The notes beneath the pieces are model-generated. The model had not been told where the DNA came from, ran no database searches, and worked only from the letters and a program-made list of their open reading frames with translations. Source: Candidatus Bathyarchaeota archaeon (lineage in GTDB: Archaea; Thermoproteota; Bathyarchaeia; Bathyarchaeales; Bathycorpusculaceae). From it: a DNA stretch of 64,000 bases. Shown in pieces: positions 17,307-25,711 of the stretch. The stretch is from positions 6,467 through 70,466 of the forward strand of contig JAGTQI010000001.1 in the NCBI GenBank assembly GCA_018396955.1. The letters are read 5' to 3'. A program made the position numbers and the translations under genes. Each line of letters starts with the position of its first letter. Position 1 is the stretch's first letter.

Positions 17307-17879
17307 TTAGAGTATTCCCCAGCTGAAAAGCTCCTCGTTTGAAGTGAGGGGTGGAAGAGGGCTTTTCAAGTCCCAGTTTTCAAGAGCCAGGTAGAATTCT
17401 ATGGCTGTGTATAGCTCTTCTTCTATGATGGGTTCAGCCCACTTAGCCCTGTCAACTATGAATCTGATGGCTTCAGCGTGGTTTTCACCTGTCCAGTAAC
17501 TGCCCATGTCATAGTTTTCCACGGCTGGGCAGTCTGGAAAAACCTCGGGAAGGAAGTCTCCATCTAGAATGGAGACGTACCATACTCCGCTGTGGTTTCC
17601 GCCATACCTTACAACATCCAGGGCAAGCTCAAATTGGCAGTTCCTGCATTTTTGGATGTGCTTGCAAAAGTTAAGCTCGTCGCTTAACATGCAGAGCCTT
17701 TCAAGGGTTTTCTGAAGCATCATCCTACGCCATTCAGCAGCCTCAAGCCTCCCTATAAGAGCCGTCAAATAAGGCGAATCAGGAGGCTTTTCAACGGGCT
17801 TAACTTCTTCAGTTTTAGCGTTAATCCTCTCAAGCAAAGCCATAAGATTGCTGGACAAATAAAACACCCCCTTAAGCAC
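17307..17879 (-). CDS. Hypothetical protein (Cys cluster CKHIQKCRNC)
   Basis: 190-aa ORF; GTG start with an AGGGGGG SD. Confidence 0.35.
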   Translation of the reverse strand: MLKGVFYLSSNLMALLERINAKTEEVKPVEKPPDSPYLTALIGRLEAAEWRRMMLQKTLERLCMLSDELNFCKHIQKCRNCQFELALDVVRYGGNHSGVWYVSILDGDFLPEVFPDCPAVENYDMGSYWTGENHAEAIRFIVDRAKWAEPIIEEELYTAIEFYLALENWDLKSPLPPLTSNEELFSWGIL

Positions 17880-17939
17880 TTAACCCCCCTAAAACATATC
17901 AAACACCCCGAAAAGAAAGGGGGGAAGCCTTCTCCATTC

Positions 17940-18047
17940 TCACTTCAAATAGATTTTAAGCCTCTCAGCCAATTTTGGGTCTTCGTTGAGCATAGCTATG
18001 ACAATCTCAAATCGTATGTCTGTTAGGCTTCTGCCATGCTTTCCCAT
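17940..18047 (-). CDS. Very small ORF (35 aa), not in the ORF track
   Basis: Own translation MGKHGRSLTDIRFEIVIAMLNEDPKLAERLKIYLK; preceded by the same conserved intergenic motif as its neighbours. Confidence 0.3.
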   Translation of the reverse strand: MGKHGRSLTDIRFEIVIAMLNEDPKLAERLKIYLK

Positions 18048-18076
18048 AGCAAACCCCAAAATAGAAAAGGGGGGAT

Positions 18077-18379
18077 TTAGACATGGAACACTATTTCCGC
18101 CTTTATTTTTGAGACGGCTAGGACACGCAGCGCCATCAAAACCTCATTGTAAACGTAGCCTCTGTAGACAAGCATAACACTGTGTTCATGGCTGACCTTG
18201 TAGATTCTTGGCTGGTTGAAGCGGGCTAAAGCCCTCTCCGCCAACCTGACAGTTTCAACGAAGCCTTTGCCTTCGCAGACTCTACAAGTCTTTAAAGCGT
18301 TATTCTGGTAAACGTAGCCTTTTCCATGGCAGATTTTGCACTTCACTTTAGGCTTGCCCTTCAGTAAAATGCCAAACAT
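18077..18379 (-). CDS. Small protein with DnaJ-type CxxCxGxG zinc-finger repeats
   Basis: CKICHGKG and CRVCEGKG. Confidence 0.45.
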   Translation of the reverse strand: MFGILLKGKPKVKCKICHGKGYVYQNNALKTCRVCEGKGFVETVRLAERALARFNQPRIYKVSHEHSVMLVYRGYVYNEVLMALRVLAVSKIKAEIVFHV

Positions 18380-19069
18380 GGAGCACCCCAGAACAGGCTA
18401 ACAGGCTTTGTGAAGCCTCTGGGCTCCTCCCCCGATTTCCTACCCGCCTGTCGCCAGAGCGGGCTGGGTGCATCCAGCCTACCCGATTAGGGAGCGGCGT
18501 AGAAGCTTAATTGGGGGTGGTTCCACGCCGTATGCGGCTGGACGTAATCGGGGGTTCTGTTTTGTCTTTTACACCCTAAACCCTACGGCTTTGCTTCCCC
18601 GCCAATCGCTCATAAGCCGAAGGGCGGACACCAAAACCTCTAGGCTTTTACGCCTGACAGGTGGGTGTCCTTTCTAAGCGGTTACCTCCATAACGCCCTC
18701 ACTGGGGTGTTGCACAGCCCCATAAACTGTGCGTGGCGGTCAAGCGTCTGGAGTCCTTAAAAATCACAGCCCAAAGGCTTCCGTTAGAGGTTAGTCTCCA
18801 GCCCAGCCTACGCTAACCAAACGAAATAAAGAATAGCCACTAAAATAAATAAGCCCAAATGCCTGTTGTGGCATAAACCAGTTTTCCCGCACGGGCGGTT
18901 AGCCCTCGCAGGCTTGGGCTTATCTTAAGCCTTAATGTAAGCTGGGCTTTTGGAGAACCCTTACGCCACTCTCACAGCCTAACGTTTTTCGCTCAAACGG
19001 GTGGGGTTTCCACCCCGCCGCTGGGTTTCCCAAGCGGCTTTAGGGTAGAAAAATGTGGGGTAATGGCGG
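18380..19069. other. About 700-nt ORF-poor, helix-rich non-coding region (candidate large ncRNA or replication/packaging element)
   Basis: No credible ORF in a GC-rich stretch. Many nested helices are visible, e.g. 18380-18427, an 8-bp closed multi-branch at 18851-18921, and hairpins at 19003-19016 and 19017-19038. Confidence 0.4.
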
Positions 19070-19090
19070 ATAGGCTCCTAAAAAGCCTAT
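19070..19090 (-). terminator. Hairpin with T-rich loop and a downstream T-tract after the stop of 19090..19563
   Basis: ataggc/gcctat 6-bp stem overlapping the stop codon; T5 runs follow in the minus sense. Confidence 0.3.
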
Positions 19091-19563
19091 CACTTTCGCT
19101 TTTTGCTTTCAACAGCCTTCTTAATCCAGTCGGATAGGCTGAATGCAGGCTGAACCTTAACGCCTAACTGTTCGAGGCTCTGGGGGACAGCCACGTTATC
19201 AATGTATTTGATGGCTCTGCGTAATGGCGTTATTTTAGCCATGTGGGGCTTCCTAGCCTCCTTTAGGGCTTCACTCGCCTTTTTAACGTTTTCAACAGCC
19301 TGCTTATAGCCCTCATAATCCCCATTTTTGACGAAAACTTCAATGTTCTGCTTTAGATATTTGCGTGCCTCGTTAGAGGCTTTCCTCTGGTCGGCTGTTT
19401 CCTCTTTCATTTGAGCGTTTAGGGCTATGACGCCCAAGGCGTAGCCTGTCCTCTCCGCAACCAAGTCCCTGAAACCCCGCAGAAGCGTCAGCTCCTCCTC
19501 AACCTCTTTTGGCACTACAAGGGCGGTTTCAGCCTGCACCTGCCCAGCTTTCCCTTTCGCCAT
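19090..19563 (-). CDS. Hypothetical coiled-coil protein
   Basis: 157-aa ORF. Confidence 0.35.
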   Translation of the reverse strand: MAKGKAGQVQAETALVVPKEVEEELTLLRGFRDLVAERTGYALGVIALNAQMKEETADQRKASNEARKYLKQNIEVFVKNGDYEGYKQAVENVKKASEALKEARKPHMAKITPLRRAIKYIDNVAVPQSLEQLGVKVQPAFSLSDWIKKAVESKKRK

Positions 19564-19670
19564 AAAACCACCTTTCGCTTATTGTGGAGGCTAACCCGTT
19601 TGGCTACTATCGTTAGGCTTTTGCGGTGGCAAAACTCCCCGCTACGCCCCTCAAACAAAAAGGGGGAAGA

Positions 19671-19919
19671 TTATAGGCGTAGGCGTTTAGGGTTAGTTCT
19701 AATGGCTTTCCAAAAGGCTGGGCTTTTAGAAGCCATGTTAATGTCCCTTAACTGTTCATGGGTAACCCTTAGAATAACCCAACTGCAAAAGTCGAAGTCT
19801 TCGCTGTCGTAGGTTTTATGGCTCTCGCCGTCATGCCACTTCATTAGCATATTTAGGAAAGCCCTTGTGTAAGCCCATAGGATATAACCGCAACTGCGAC
19901 ATTTAGCCACAAAAGGCAT
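19671..19919 (-). CDS. Hypothetical small protein (CRSC motif)
   Basis: 82-aa ORF. Confidence 0.3.
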   Translation of the reverse strand: MPFVAKCRSCGYILWAYTRAFLNMLMKWHDGESHKTYDSEDFDFCSWVILRVTHEQLRDINMASKSPAFWKAIRTNPKRLRL

Positions 19920-20400
19920 GGGCTAAACCCCTTTTAATGTTTGGGCGTAGCGGTTTAGAGTGCCACTGTAAGCCCCTTATTCCTATGCACACAGCTTATG
20001 GCTGTGCTGGCGTGCCTCAAGCCTCAATATATTGAGGCACACACCCAAACCATACGCACCGCATTAGTGCCTTATGTATGGCTTGGGTGCGTCAAACCTT
20101 AAACCCTTAACCGTGCCTTAACCGTGTGAGGCTTCACGTTAAGGGCGGTTTAAGGTTAGGTTTTCACACGCCACACATACCAAAACCGCACAATTATTTA
20201 AATTTTCATGTCATGCCCGAAATATTCCACAAATATAAATTTGCAAAATACGCATTTAACCATTGATAAGAAAACGTCAAAATCAGCCTTTTCGTTTAAG
20301 GCTTCTGTTCAAAATTTCCATTGTTTTTGGCTCATTTTCGGTTAAAAACAATTAATAGAAACGAAAGAATACTATTCTTTCATTCCATATAAGGTTTTCG
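19920..20400. other. Non-coding region with perfect palindromes and iteron-like repeats next to the recombinase module (candidate ori or att/arm-site region)
   Basis: 18-nt perfect palindrome at 20021-20038; tandem ccttaaccgtg x2 at 20105-20126 with an inverted near-copy at 20135-20144; palindrome gaaagaata-c-tattctttc at 20363-20381; AT-rich tract at 20170-20400. Confidence 0.4.
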
Positions 20401-20496
20401 TTTTTGAAAAACAAAAAGAACGCATCCGGGGGGAGTTTAGATAAAAGTTTGGCGATTTGGGCTTCTTATATGGCTGGGTGGTCGACTGTCGAACAC

Positions 20497-20925
20497 CTAT
20501 ATGGCTTTAGTGCGGTATCTGGCTCTGAGGACTCTCCGCACTTCAATGGGTTTAATAGTCCAGTCTATGCTTGGATACATGGTTTGTCCTGGTCTCCTCC
20601 AAATGGGGGAGTTTTCCATTCCTGGAGTGATTGCGTAAAAGCTTTTCCTGAAGCCCCTAACAACCCTTTCCCTCCTAACAAGCCTGATAAGCCCCAGCCT
20701 CTTAAGGATCCACATATACCTTTTGAAGCATATGTATGTGCCGGGATTTATCCCTAAATAACGCGCGAATTGCATATAATCCTTCCACATTTCATAAGCG
20801 TAGCCTTCCTTGAATGTTAGGAGATAGCCCCTAACCCATTCGCCCTTCGGAGAGGCTGCAAATTTTCCACCTCTGCTGAACCTCTCCAAAATTTCCACCT
20901 CGAATGGGTAGGGCGTCCTTTCCAC
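20497..20925 (-). CDS. Winged-helix-like protein coupled to the recombinase gene
   Basis: FKRYMWILKRLGLIRLVRRE..KSFYAIT; its start overlaps the int stop by 1 nt. Confidence 0.4.
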   Translation of the reverse strand: MERTPYPFEVEILERFSRGGKFAASPKGEWVRGYLLTFKEGYAYEMWKDYMQFARYLGINPGTYICFKRYMWILKRLGLIRLVRRERVVRGFRKSFYAITPGMENSPIWRRPGQTMYPSIDWTIKPIEVRRVLRARYRTKAI

Positions 20926-21767
20926 TAGCCTGCACCTTTGAAGATTTCTTCGGCCTTTGGTATCGAAACCTTCTCTTGCTCGGTTATTCCGCGGTAGAAC
21001 TGGACTGTTGTGTCAAACCTCGAGTGCCTCGCCACATACTTGCTTACAAGGTCTAGGGGAACACCTCTGTTTCTTAGGCTTGTAATTCGCGAGTGCCTTA
21101 AGATATGAGGCCTTAAATCTCTGCCCCGGGATTCTATCCCGGCCCTGTTGCAGTCCCTCTTAAAAGCCATTTCAACAGCTCTCGCAGTTCTCTCGAAAAG
21201 CTTCTGTTTCCCGAGAATATTGTCGTATTTTAGCAGCATTTCCTTGATCCATGGCTCAAGCTTGTATGTAGCCTTCTCTTCCCTTTTCTTCTTCAAAATA
21301 TTGAAAGTGATTGTGTCTTTTTCGAGATCCAAATCTTTCCTTGTTAGGGCTAATACTTCGCCTAGACGGCGGGCGTAAGCGTAGCATAAAGCGTAGATAA
21401 TCCTGCGGATCGGCGAAGGCGTGTTGGTGATAAGCCTCGCAGCTTCATCATCAGTTAAGAAGTCAACCTCTCCAACATTGCGGGGCGGAATCCTCTTCTT
21501 CAAAAGCTTAAGCTTCTTCTCATCCACGTCTAGCATCATGATTTCAAAGTAGCTGAGAACATCATAGGTGTAGACGCCCAATGTGTTGCTGCTTAAACCA
21601 CGCTTCAGCAGCTCGTCAATCCAGAGGTTAAGCGACTCAAGGCCTGGCTGCAAACCATTCTTCTCGAGGAAACTGCCGTATTGTTTTAGGACTACTTCTT
21701 TCCGCTGTAAACATGATTTGGGATAGAGATCCTTAGCTCTAAACTTGAAGGTTTTAATGTCAAGCAC
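20925..21767 (-). CDS. Tyrosine recombinase (XerC/D-like integrase)
   Basis: ARRLGEVLAL (Arg box), HILRHSRITSL (HxxR), ARHSRFDTTVQFY (catalytic Tyr region). Confidence 0.8.
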   Translation of the reverse strand: MLDIKTFKFRAKDLYPKSCLQRKEVVLKQYGSFLEKNGLQPGLESLNLWIDELLKRGLSSNTLGVYTYDVLSYFEIMMLDVDEKKLKLLKKRIPPRNVGEVDFLTDDEAARLITNTPSPIRRIIYALCYAYARRLGEVLALTRKDLDLEKDTITFNILKKKREEKATYKLEPWIKEMLLKYDNILGKQKLFERTARAVEMAFKRDCNRAGIESRGRDLRPHILRHSRITSLRNRGVPLDLVSKYVARHSRFDTTVQFYRGITEQEKVSIPKAEEIFKGAG

Positions 21768-21802
21768 AATTATTAAAATTTAATAAAGGGAATATAAAAA
21801 TT

Positions 21803-22012
21803 TCAGCCCATGAGCCTCGCAAGCTCTTCCTTTAGAAGCTTTCGCTCTTCTTCTGTGAAGACCTTTCTGATTTCCTCTCGAACCTCATCCTTAACTGAGT
21901 CGCCTTGAACCAGAATCTTTGTTAGGAGCTCGACGCATATGGTTTTCTTGCTGTCCTCTTTTATGACGGCGCATACTTTGCGGGCTGTTTCGCGGGCCAT
22001 CAATTCAATCAC
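21803..22012 (-). CDS. Small helical protein, paralog of 22009..22218
   Basis: Shared pattern ..ARKVCAVI..C..LLTKILVQG.. versus ..VCEAV..C..VLHKILVEG.. Confidence 0.35.
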   Translation of the reverse strand: MIELMARETARKVCAVIKEDSKKTICVELLTKILVQGDSVKDEVREEIRKVFTEEERKLLKEELARLMG

Positions 22013-22218
22013 TCAACACCCAGCTCCCTCAACTTCTCCTTAACGGTTTTCCTGCAGTCTTCCGGAAGCTCGGCTAAGGCTTCAAAGCCTTTGCCTTCCA
22101 CGAGGATTTTGTGGAGAACCGCCCTGCACTTAGCCCTGTTCGCTTCTCCAACGGCTTCACAGACGTCCTCAACAATTTCCTTAGACATCAGAACCTTGAT
22201 CTCCTCCTCGTCGTTCAC
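22009..22218 (-). CDS. Small helical protein, paralog of 21803..22012
   Basis: See the paralog; 4-nt overlaps with both neighbours. Confidence 0.35.
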   Translation of the reverse strand: MNDEEEIKVLMSKEIVEDVCEAVGEANRAKCRAVLHKILVEGKGFEALAELPEDCRKTVKEKLRELGVE

Positions 22219-22613
22219 TCCAACACCTCCTTTAATATTTTTAATGCTTTACGCTTAAAAGCTTCCGGCGGAGTCAAATACTCCTCAAGCCTATCCATCT
22301 TCAACTTTTCAGCCCTAAGCAATGTTTCGCCTAGGACGGTTGCCTCGCTTCCACGCTTCATCCTCTCTAGGGCTGTGTTCAGGGATTCAGCAAAGCGGGT
22401 GCAGAAAGCCTCAGGCTTCTTTTCTGCCTCCCTTATAACCCTGTCAAAGAGTTTCAGGTAAACGTCATCCATGTTTTTTATGCTGGCATAATACATCAAG
22501 TCCGTAAGCCACCTGATGGCTTCGCTTGCACGATCCTTGGATAAGGCCTCAAGGATTTTTGCTGTGGCCTCTAACAAGACCTGCTTAGGCTCAGCCTCCA
22601 ACATGTTCACCAA
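22215..22613 (-). CDS. Hypothetical helical protein
   Basis: 132-aa ORF, first of a coupled three-gene run. Confidence 0.35.
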   Translation of the reverse strand: MVNMLEAEPKQVLLEATAKILEALSKDRASEAIRWLTDLMYYASIKNMDDVYLKLFDRVIREAEKKPEAFCTRFAESLNTALERMKRGSEATVLGETLLRAEKLKMDRLEEYLTPPEAFKRKALKILKEVLE

Positions 22614-22899
22614 ACAAGAATGGCGGAAACAAAAATAAAAATGCGTCGAAAATGGCTGTTAGGCGTAGCTTGGCAGAAAAAGAGGGGGATGCACCAGGCG
22701 CCAAGCAAGTCTTCTACATGGCTTCAAAGGCTGCCTTCATGTTCGAGAAAAGCTTCTCAAACACGCGCTCACACTTAGACTTGTCCACGCCTAGGTAACC
22801 GCAAACCTTGGCGCTATATTTTGCCTTGGCAATATCTTTAGCCATACCATCACCGTTCAAAAGAGAAGATTTAAAAATATTTTAATTTTTGTGAAACAA

Positions 22900-23082
22900 T
22901 CACATTTTCTCGTAGTATTCCCGCATTCCCTTAACCATCTGCACAATCATCCTAACGGACTTGGCGAGGTTCAAGTCGTGGCGCTTGCAGAAATTCAGGT
23001 AATATTTGACTCCGGCCTTCACCTGCTCTTCTGTCAGTCCTTTCTCTCTGAGGATTTTTTCAAGGCGCTGAACCTCTTCCAT
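22900..23082 (-). CDS. Hypothetical small protein
   Basis: 60-aa ORF. Confidence 0.25.
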   Translation of the reverse strand: MEEVQRLEKILREKGLTEEQVKAGVKYYLNFCKRHDLNLAKSVRMIVQMVKGMREYYEKM

Positions 23083-23363
23083 GCTTCCTCCTCCTCTTTC
23101 AGGTCTTCGTACCAGCCTTCCTTTTTGGCTTCTTCAATAACCTTTTCAGATGCTTGACGAAGGGCTTTCCCAACCTTATCCACGTCAACGGCCTCCAGCC
23201 CCAACGTTATACGGAACATGTTTATGGCAAGCCTCGTAGCCTCGCTCAGGCTAAGCCCTGTTTTCTCGCTTATCATTTGTATGAACTCAAGCTCCTCGTT
23301 TGTAAGCCTCAAATGAAGGGTTTCGGTAAGCCTTCCCCTGGATGGAGGTTTAGCCCTTCCCAT
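23034..23363 (-). CDS. Ribbon-helix-helix protein with charged C-terminal tail
   Basis: LHLRLTNEELEFIQMISEKTGLSLSEATRLAINMF. Confidence 0.5.
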   Translation of the reverse strand: MGRAKPPSRGRLTETLHLRLTNEELEFIQMISEKTGLSLSEATRLAINMFRITLGLEAVDVDKVGKALRQASEKVIEEAKKEGWYEDLKEEEEAWKRFSALKKSSERKD

Positions 23364-24173
23364 TCACTTCTCCCTTAGCTCGGTCAACATTTCCTTAACC
23401 CGCTGCATGGTGTATTCGAAGACTCCTAGGCGTTTCAGCTTTTCAGCCGACTCTGAAACCCGCTCTTTGCTGTCTGAAGCTAAACCATATATGGAGTCGA
23501 GGATTTCAGCCTCTTCAAACCCGAACCTGCTGGATATTTCGCGTGCGAGCGTCTCGCAGTAACTGCAGCGGCCATACTTTGAGTCGTAGTATTCAGCCGC
23601 CCTCCTGGTTGTTTCAACTATATCCTTCATGCGTGAAATAGCCTCCTTAAGCTTCGCGATATCCCTCTGGGTTGTTAGAAGCCTCTCAGTCCACGTCCAC
23701 TTCCTAAATTCTCTCTGCCTAGCCTTAATCTCGTCGATCATTTTAGCAAGCTCAGCATCCCTAATCTCTGTGCCGAGATCCTCCTCAGCCGTGACAATCT
23801 CCTTCAAGGCAGCCTCAACACGCTGTCTAGCCTCAGGCGTTATTTCACCCTTGCCGAGGCTGAACCTTTCAGCCTCTTCAAGAAGCCCATAAGCCTTCAG
23901 ATAGTGCTTTTCGAGGCACTCCAAACAGTAACTTTCTCTACTCTGTCCAGGATAGCTTGGCGATGCAACGTGTTCAGCTCTTCCAACGGGTTCTGGAAGC
24001 TTTGAAATTAAACGGCTGTCAGCTGATGCGAAAAGGTTGTCGAAGCTTTTAAGTGCTTTATCGATTTTCTGGATTGTTAGGTCGAAGTTCTCAATAAGCT
24101 TTATGGGGCCTTCTAGGATTTCACCTGGATTCTCAGGAATCTTTGGGAATGGAAGCTTCTTCCCCTCAGCCAT
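23364..24173 (-). CDS. Hypothetical protein with two Cys pairs (CLECLEKH, CSYCE)
   Basis: 269-aa ORF abutting its neighbours. Confidence 0.35.
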   Translation of the reverse strand: MAEGKKLPFPKIPENPGEILEGPIKLIENFDLTIQKIDKALKSFDNLFASADSRLISKLPEPVGRAEHVASPSYPGQSRESYCLECLEKHYLKAYGLLEEAERFSLGKGEITPEARQRVEAALKEIVTAEEDLGTEIRDAELAKMIDEIKARQREFRKWTWTERLLTTQRDIAKLKEAISRMKDIVETTRRAAEYYDSKYGRCSYCETLAREISSRFGFEEAEILDSIYGLASDSKERVSESAEKLKRLGVFEYTMQRVKEMLTELREK

Positions 24174-25475
24174 TTAACTTGTCCTCGTCTTCACTTTTGC
24201 GGCAGACTTAATGAGTTCGTCTTCAGCCTGAAGTATTTCCTCGCTTCTCTCCAGTTTCCGCCTTATCTCCTCGGCTTTCCTGGCTCTCTCTTCAGGAGTT
24301 CTTTTGACTTCGGGTTTCCATTCGCCGCCTGGAGCCGGAATCTTGTTCAGCAGCTGCGCAGCCCTCTGGTCAAGCCTCTCGGCAAGCGAGTCCAGCAGAT
24401 CCGCGGTTGTTCTGCCACCCTTTTGGAAGCCCAGCATGGGGGCAATTTCCTGAAAGGAGCGGAGCTCATCAAAGAAGCCAGGCCTCTTCTTCAGCTCTTC
24501 AAGGTCTCGTTGGAGCGCTTCAATCTCCTTCCTGTGCAGCTCCTCCCTAAGCTTTTCAATCTCCTTTTTGGAATCTTCGTCGCCCTTCAGATACAGCGGA
24601 GCCAAATAAGCTGGAATCTGAACTTCTCTGTCGCCAATTTTGATGGGGACTGTCGGCTCGTTCCTCTTCTCCGTTTCCTCGGCAATCTTCTTAATCTCAG
24701 CTTCAAGCTTCTTCATTGTGAGCTCGTGTTCCTGAGCCCTACGCTTGTCCTCCTCCTTTTCGCGTAAGAAGCGCTGCCAAGCCATAAAACCGCTCTCGTC
24801 AGTTTCAATTTCCTGCCCCTCAACAACAATCTTGTAGGTTTTTGGAGGCTTAGGCTGATATGCGAAATGAGGATAAGGCGGGGCATAAGTCGAAGGCGGA
24901 TAGAACGGATAATTCACCGGATAGGTTGGGGATGGAAGATAAAAGGTATAACCATAGGTCTGTTGAGGGCTAGGCGAATAAGTATAGGGTACTTGTTGAG
25001 GTTGAATTCCTCCCAAGTACTTATCTACAGCCTGGGCGAGGTTTGGAAACCGAACGTAAAGAGGCTTAATAACGCTTGTGGATAGATGCGCGTCATAAGC
25101 CCTTGGAGCCAAAGACTTAATAAACGCGTGGAGCAGGTTGCCATCCCTTAAAGGCGTCGGATCGTCCTCCAAGGCCTTAACAATTATCCTATCGTTCTTT
25201 CCAACACCGTAAACTTGGGCTAGACGCTCCTTTATGAAGGCGATTGCCTCCTCAATGGCTTCAACTTCAGGAGGCTTCGGGGCTTCAACCCCCACCCCCT
25301 CCTCCTCTTTCCTATGTTTCCAACGCATGTGCGCAGCATATTCCTGCATAGTTGCAAAGGACACTCCACACTCCTTACAAACGTATTGTGCTTGAACCCC
25401 TTCTTGCGTCAGCCGCTCAGATTCTTGCAAAGCCCTGTTTTCTTCTTCACCCTGCACAATATTTCCTTTGGTCAT
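24174..25475 (-). CDS. C2H2 zinc-finger protein with Pro/Tyr-rich low-complexity region and long coiled coil
   Basis: YVCKECGVSFATMQEYAAHMRWKH (C2H2); YPVNYPFYPPSTYAPPYPHFAYQPKPP. Confidence 0.5.
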   Translation of the reverse strand: MTKGNIVQGEEENRALQESERLTQEGVQAQYVCKECGVSFATMQEYAAHMRWKHRKEEEGVGVEAPKPPEVEAIEEAIAFIKERLAQVYGVGKNDRIIVKALEDDPTPLRDGNLLHAFIKSLAPRAYDAHLSTSVIKPLYVRFPNLAQAVDKYLGGIQPQQVPYTYSPSPQQTYGYTFYLPSPTYPVNYPFYPPSTYAPPYPHFAYQPKPPKTYKIVVEGQEIETDESGFMAWQRFLREKEEDKRRAQEHELTMKKLEAEIKKIAEETEKRNEPTVPIKIGDREVQIPAYLAPLYLKGDEDSKKEIEKLREELHRKEIEALQRDLEELKKRPGFFDELRSFQEIAPMLGFQKGGRTTADLLDSLAERLDQRAAQLLNKIPAPGGEWKPEVKRTPEERARKAEEIRRKLERSEEILQAEDELIKSAAKVKTRTS

Positions 25476-25660
25476 TTGTAACGCTCCGCCTCTATTGCTT
25501 TGAGGATTTCGTTAACTGTAAAGTGGAGGCAGACCCGAAGGGCGTCGCTGAGGGTTGGAGATTCAATTTTCCCAAGCTTATGAAGATAGTCTGCAAGCTT
25601 TTCAAGCATCTCCCGTTCCTCAGGTGCAAGTCGAACATAGACTGGTTGAGCTTGGCTCAC
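25472..25660 (-). CDS. RHH-like small protein
   Basis: VYVRLAPEEREMLEKLADYLHKLG..LSDALRVCLHF. Confidence 0.4.
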   Translation of the reverse strand: MSQAQPVYVRLAPEEREMLEKLADYLHKLGKIESPTLSDALRVCLHFTVNEILKAIEAERYK

Positions 25661-25711
25661 GAAACACCACTTTACAAAAAAATATTAAATCCTAACACTT
25701 TTATAAAGTTG

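Noticed and set aside
18515-18550. GCCGTATGCGGC string reminiscent of group II intron domain V
   Set aside because: The surrounding sequence does not form the 34-nt bulged hairpin of domain V, and no reverse-transcriptase/maturase ORF is present.
20404-20757. 117-aa + strand ORF
   Set aside because: It overlaps the wHTH gene 20497-20925, which is translationally coupled to the recombinase. Its Gly/Pro/Ser/Trp-rich translation looks non-genic.
25352-25711. N-terminal 120-aa extension of the Mrp-like ORF
   Set aside because: It overlaps two minus-strand genes and has no family similarity. The conserved protein begins at MLMKRIGIVSGKGGVGKS (ATG 25712), preceded by an AT-rich promoter-like tract.
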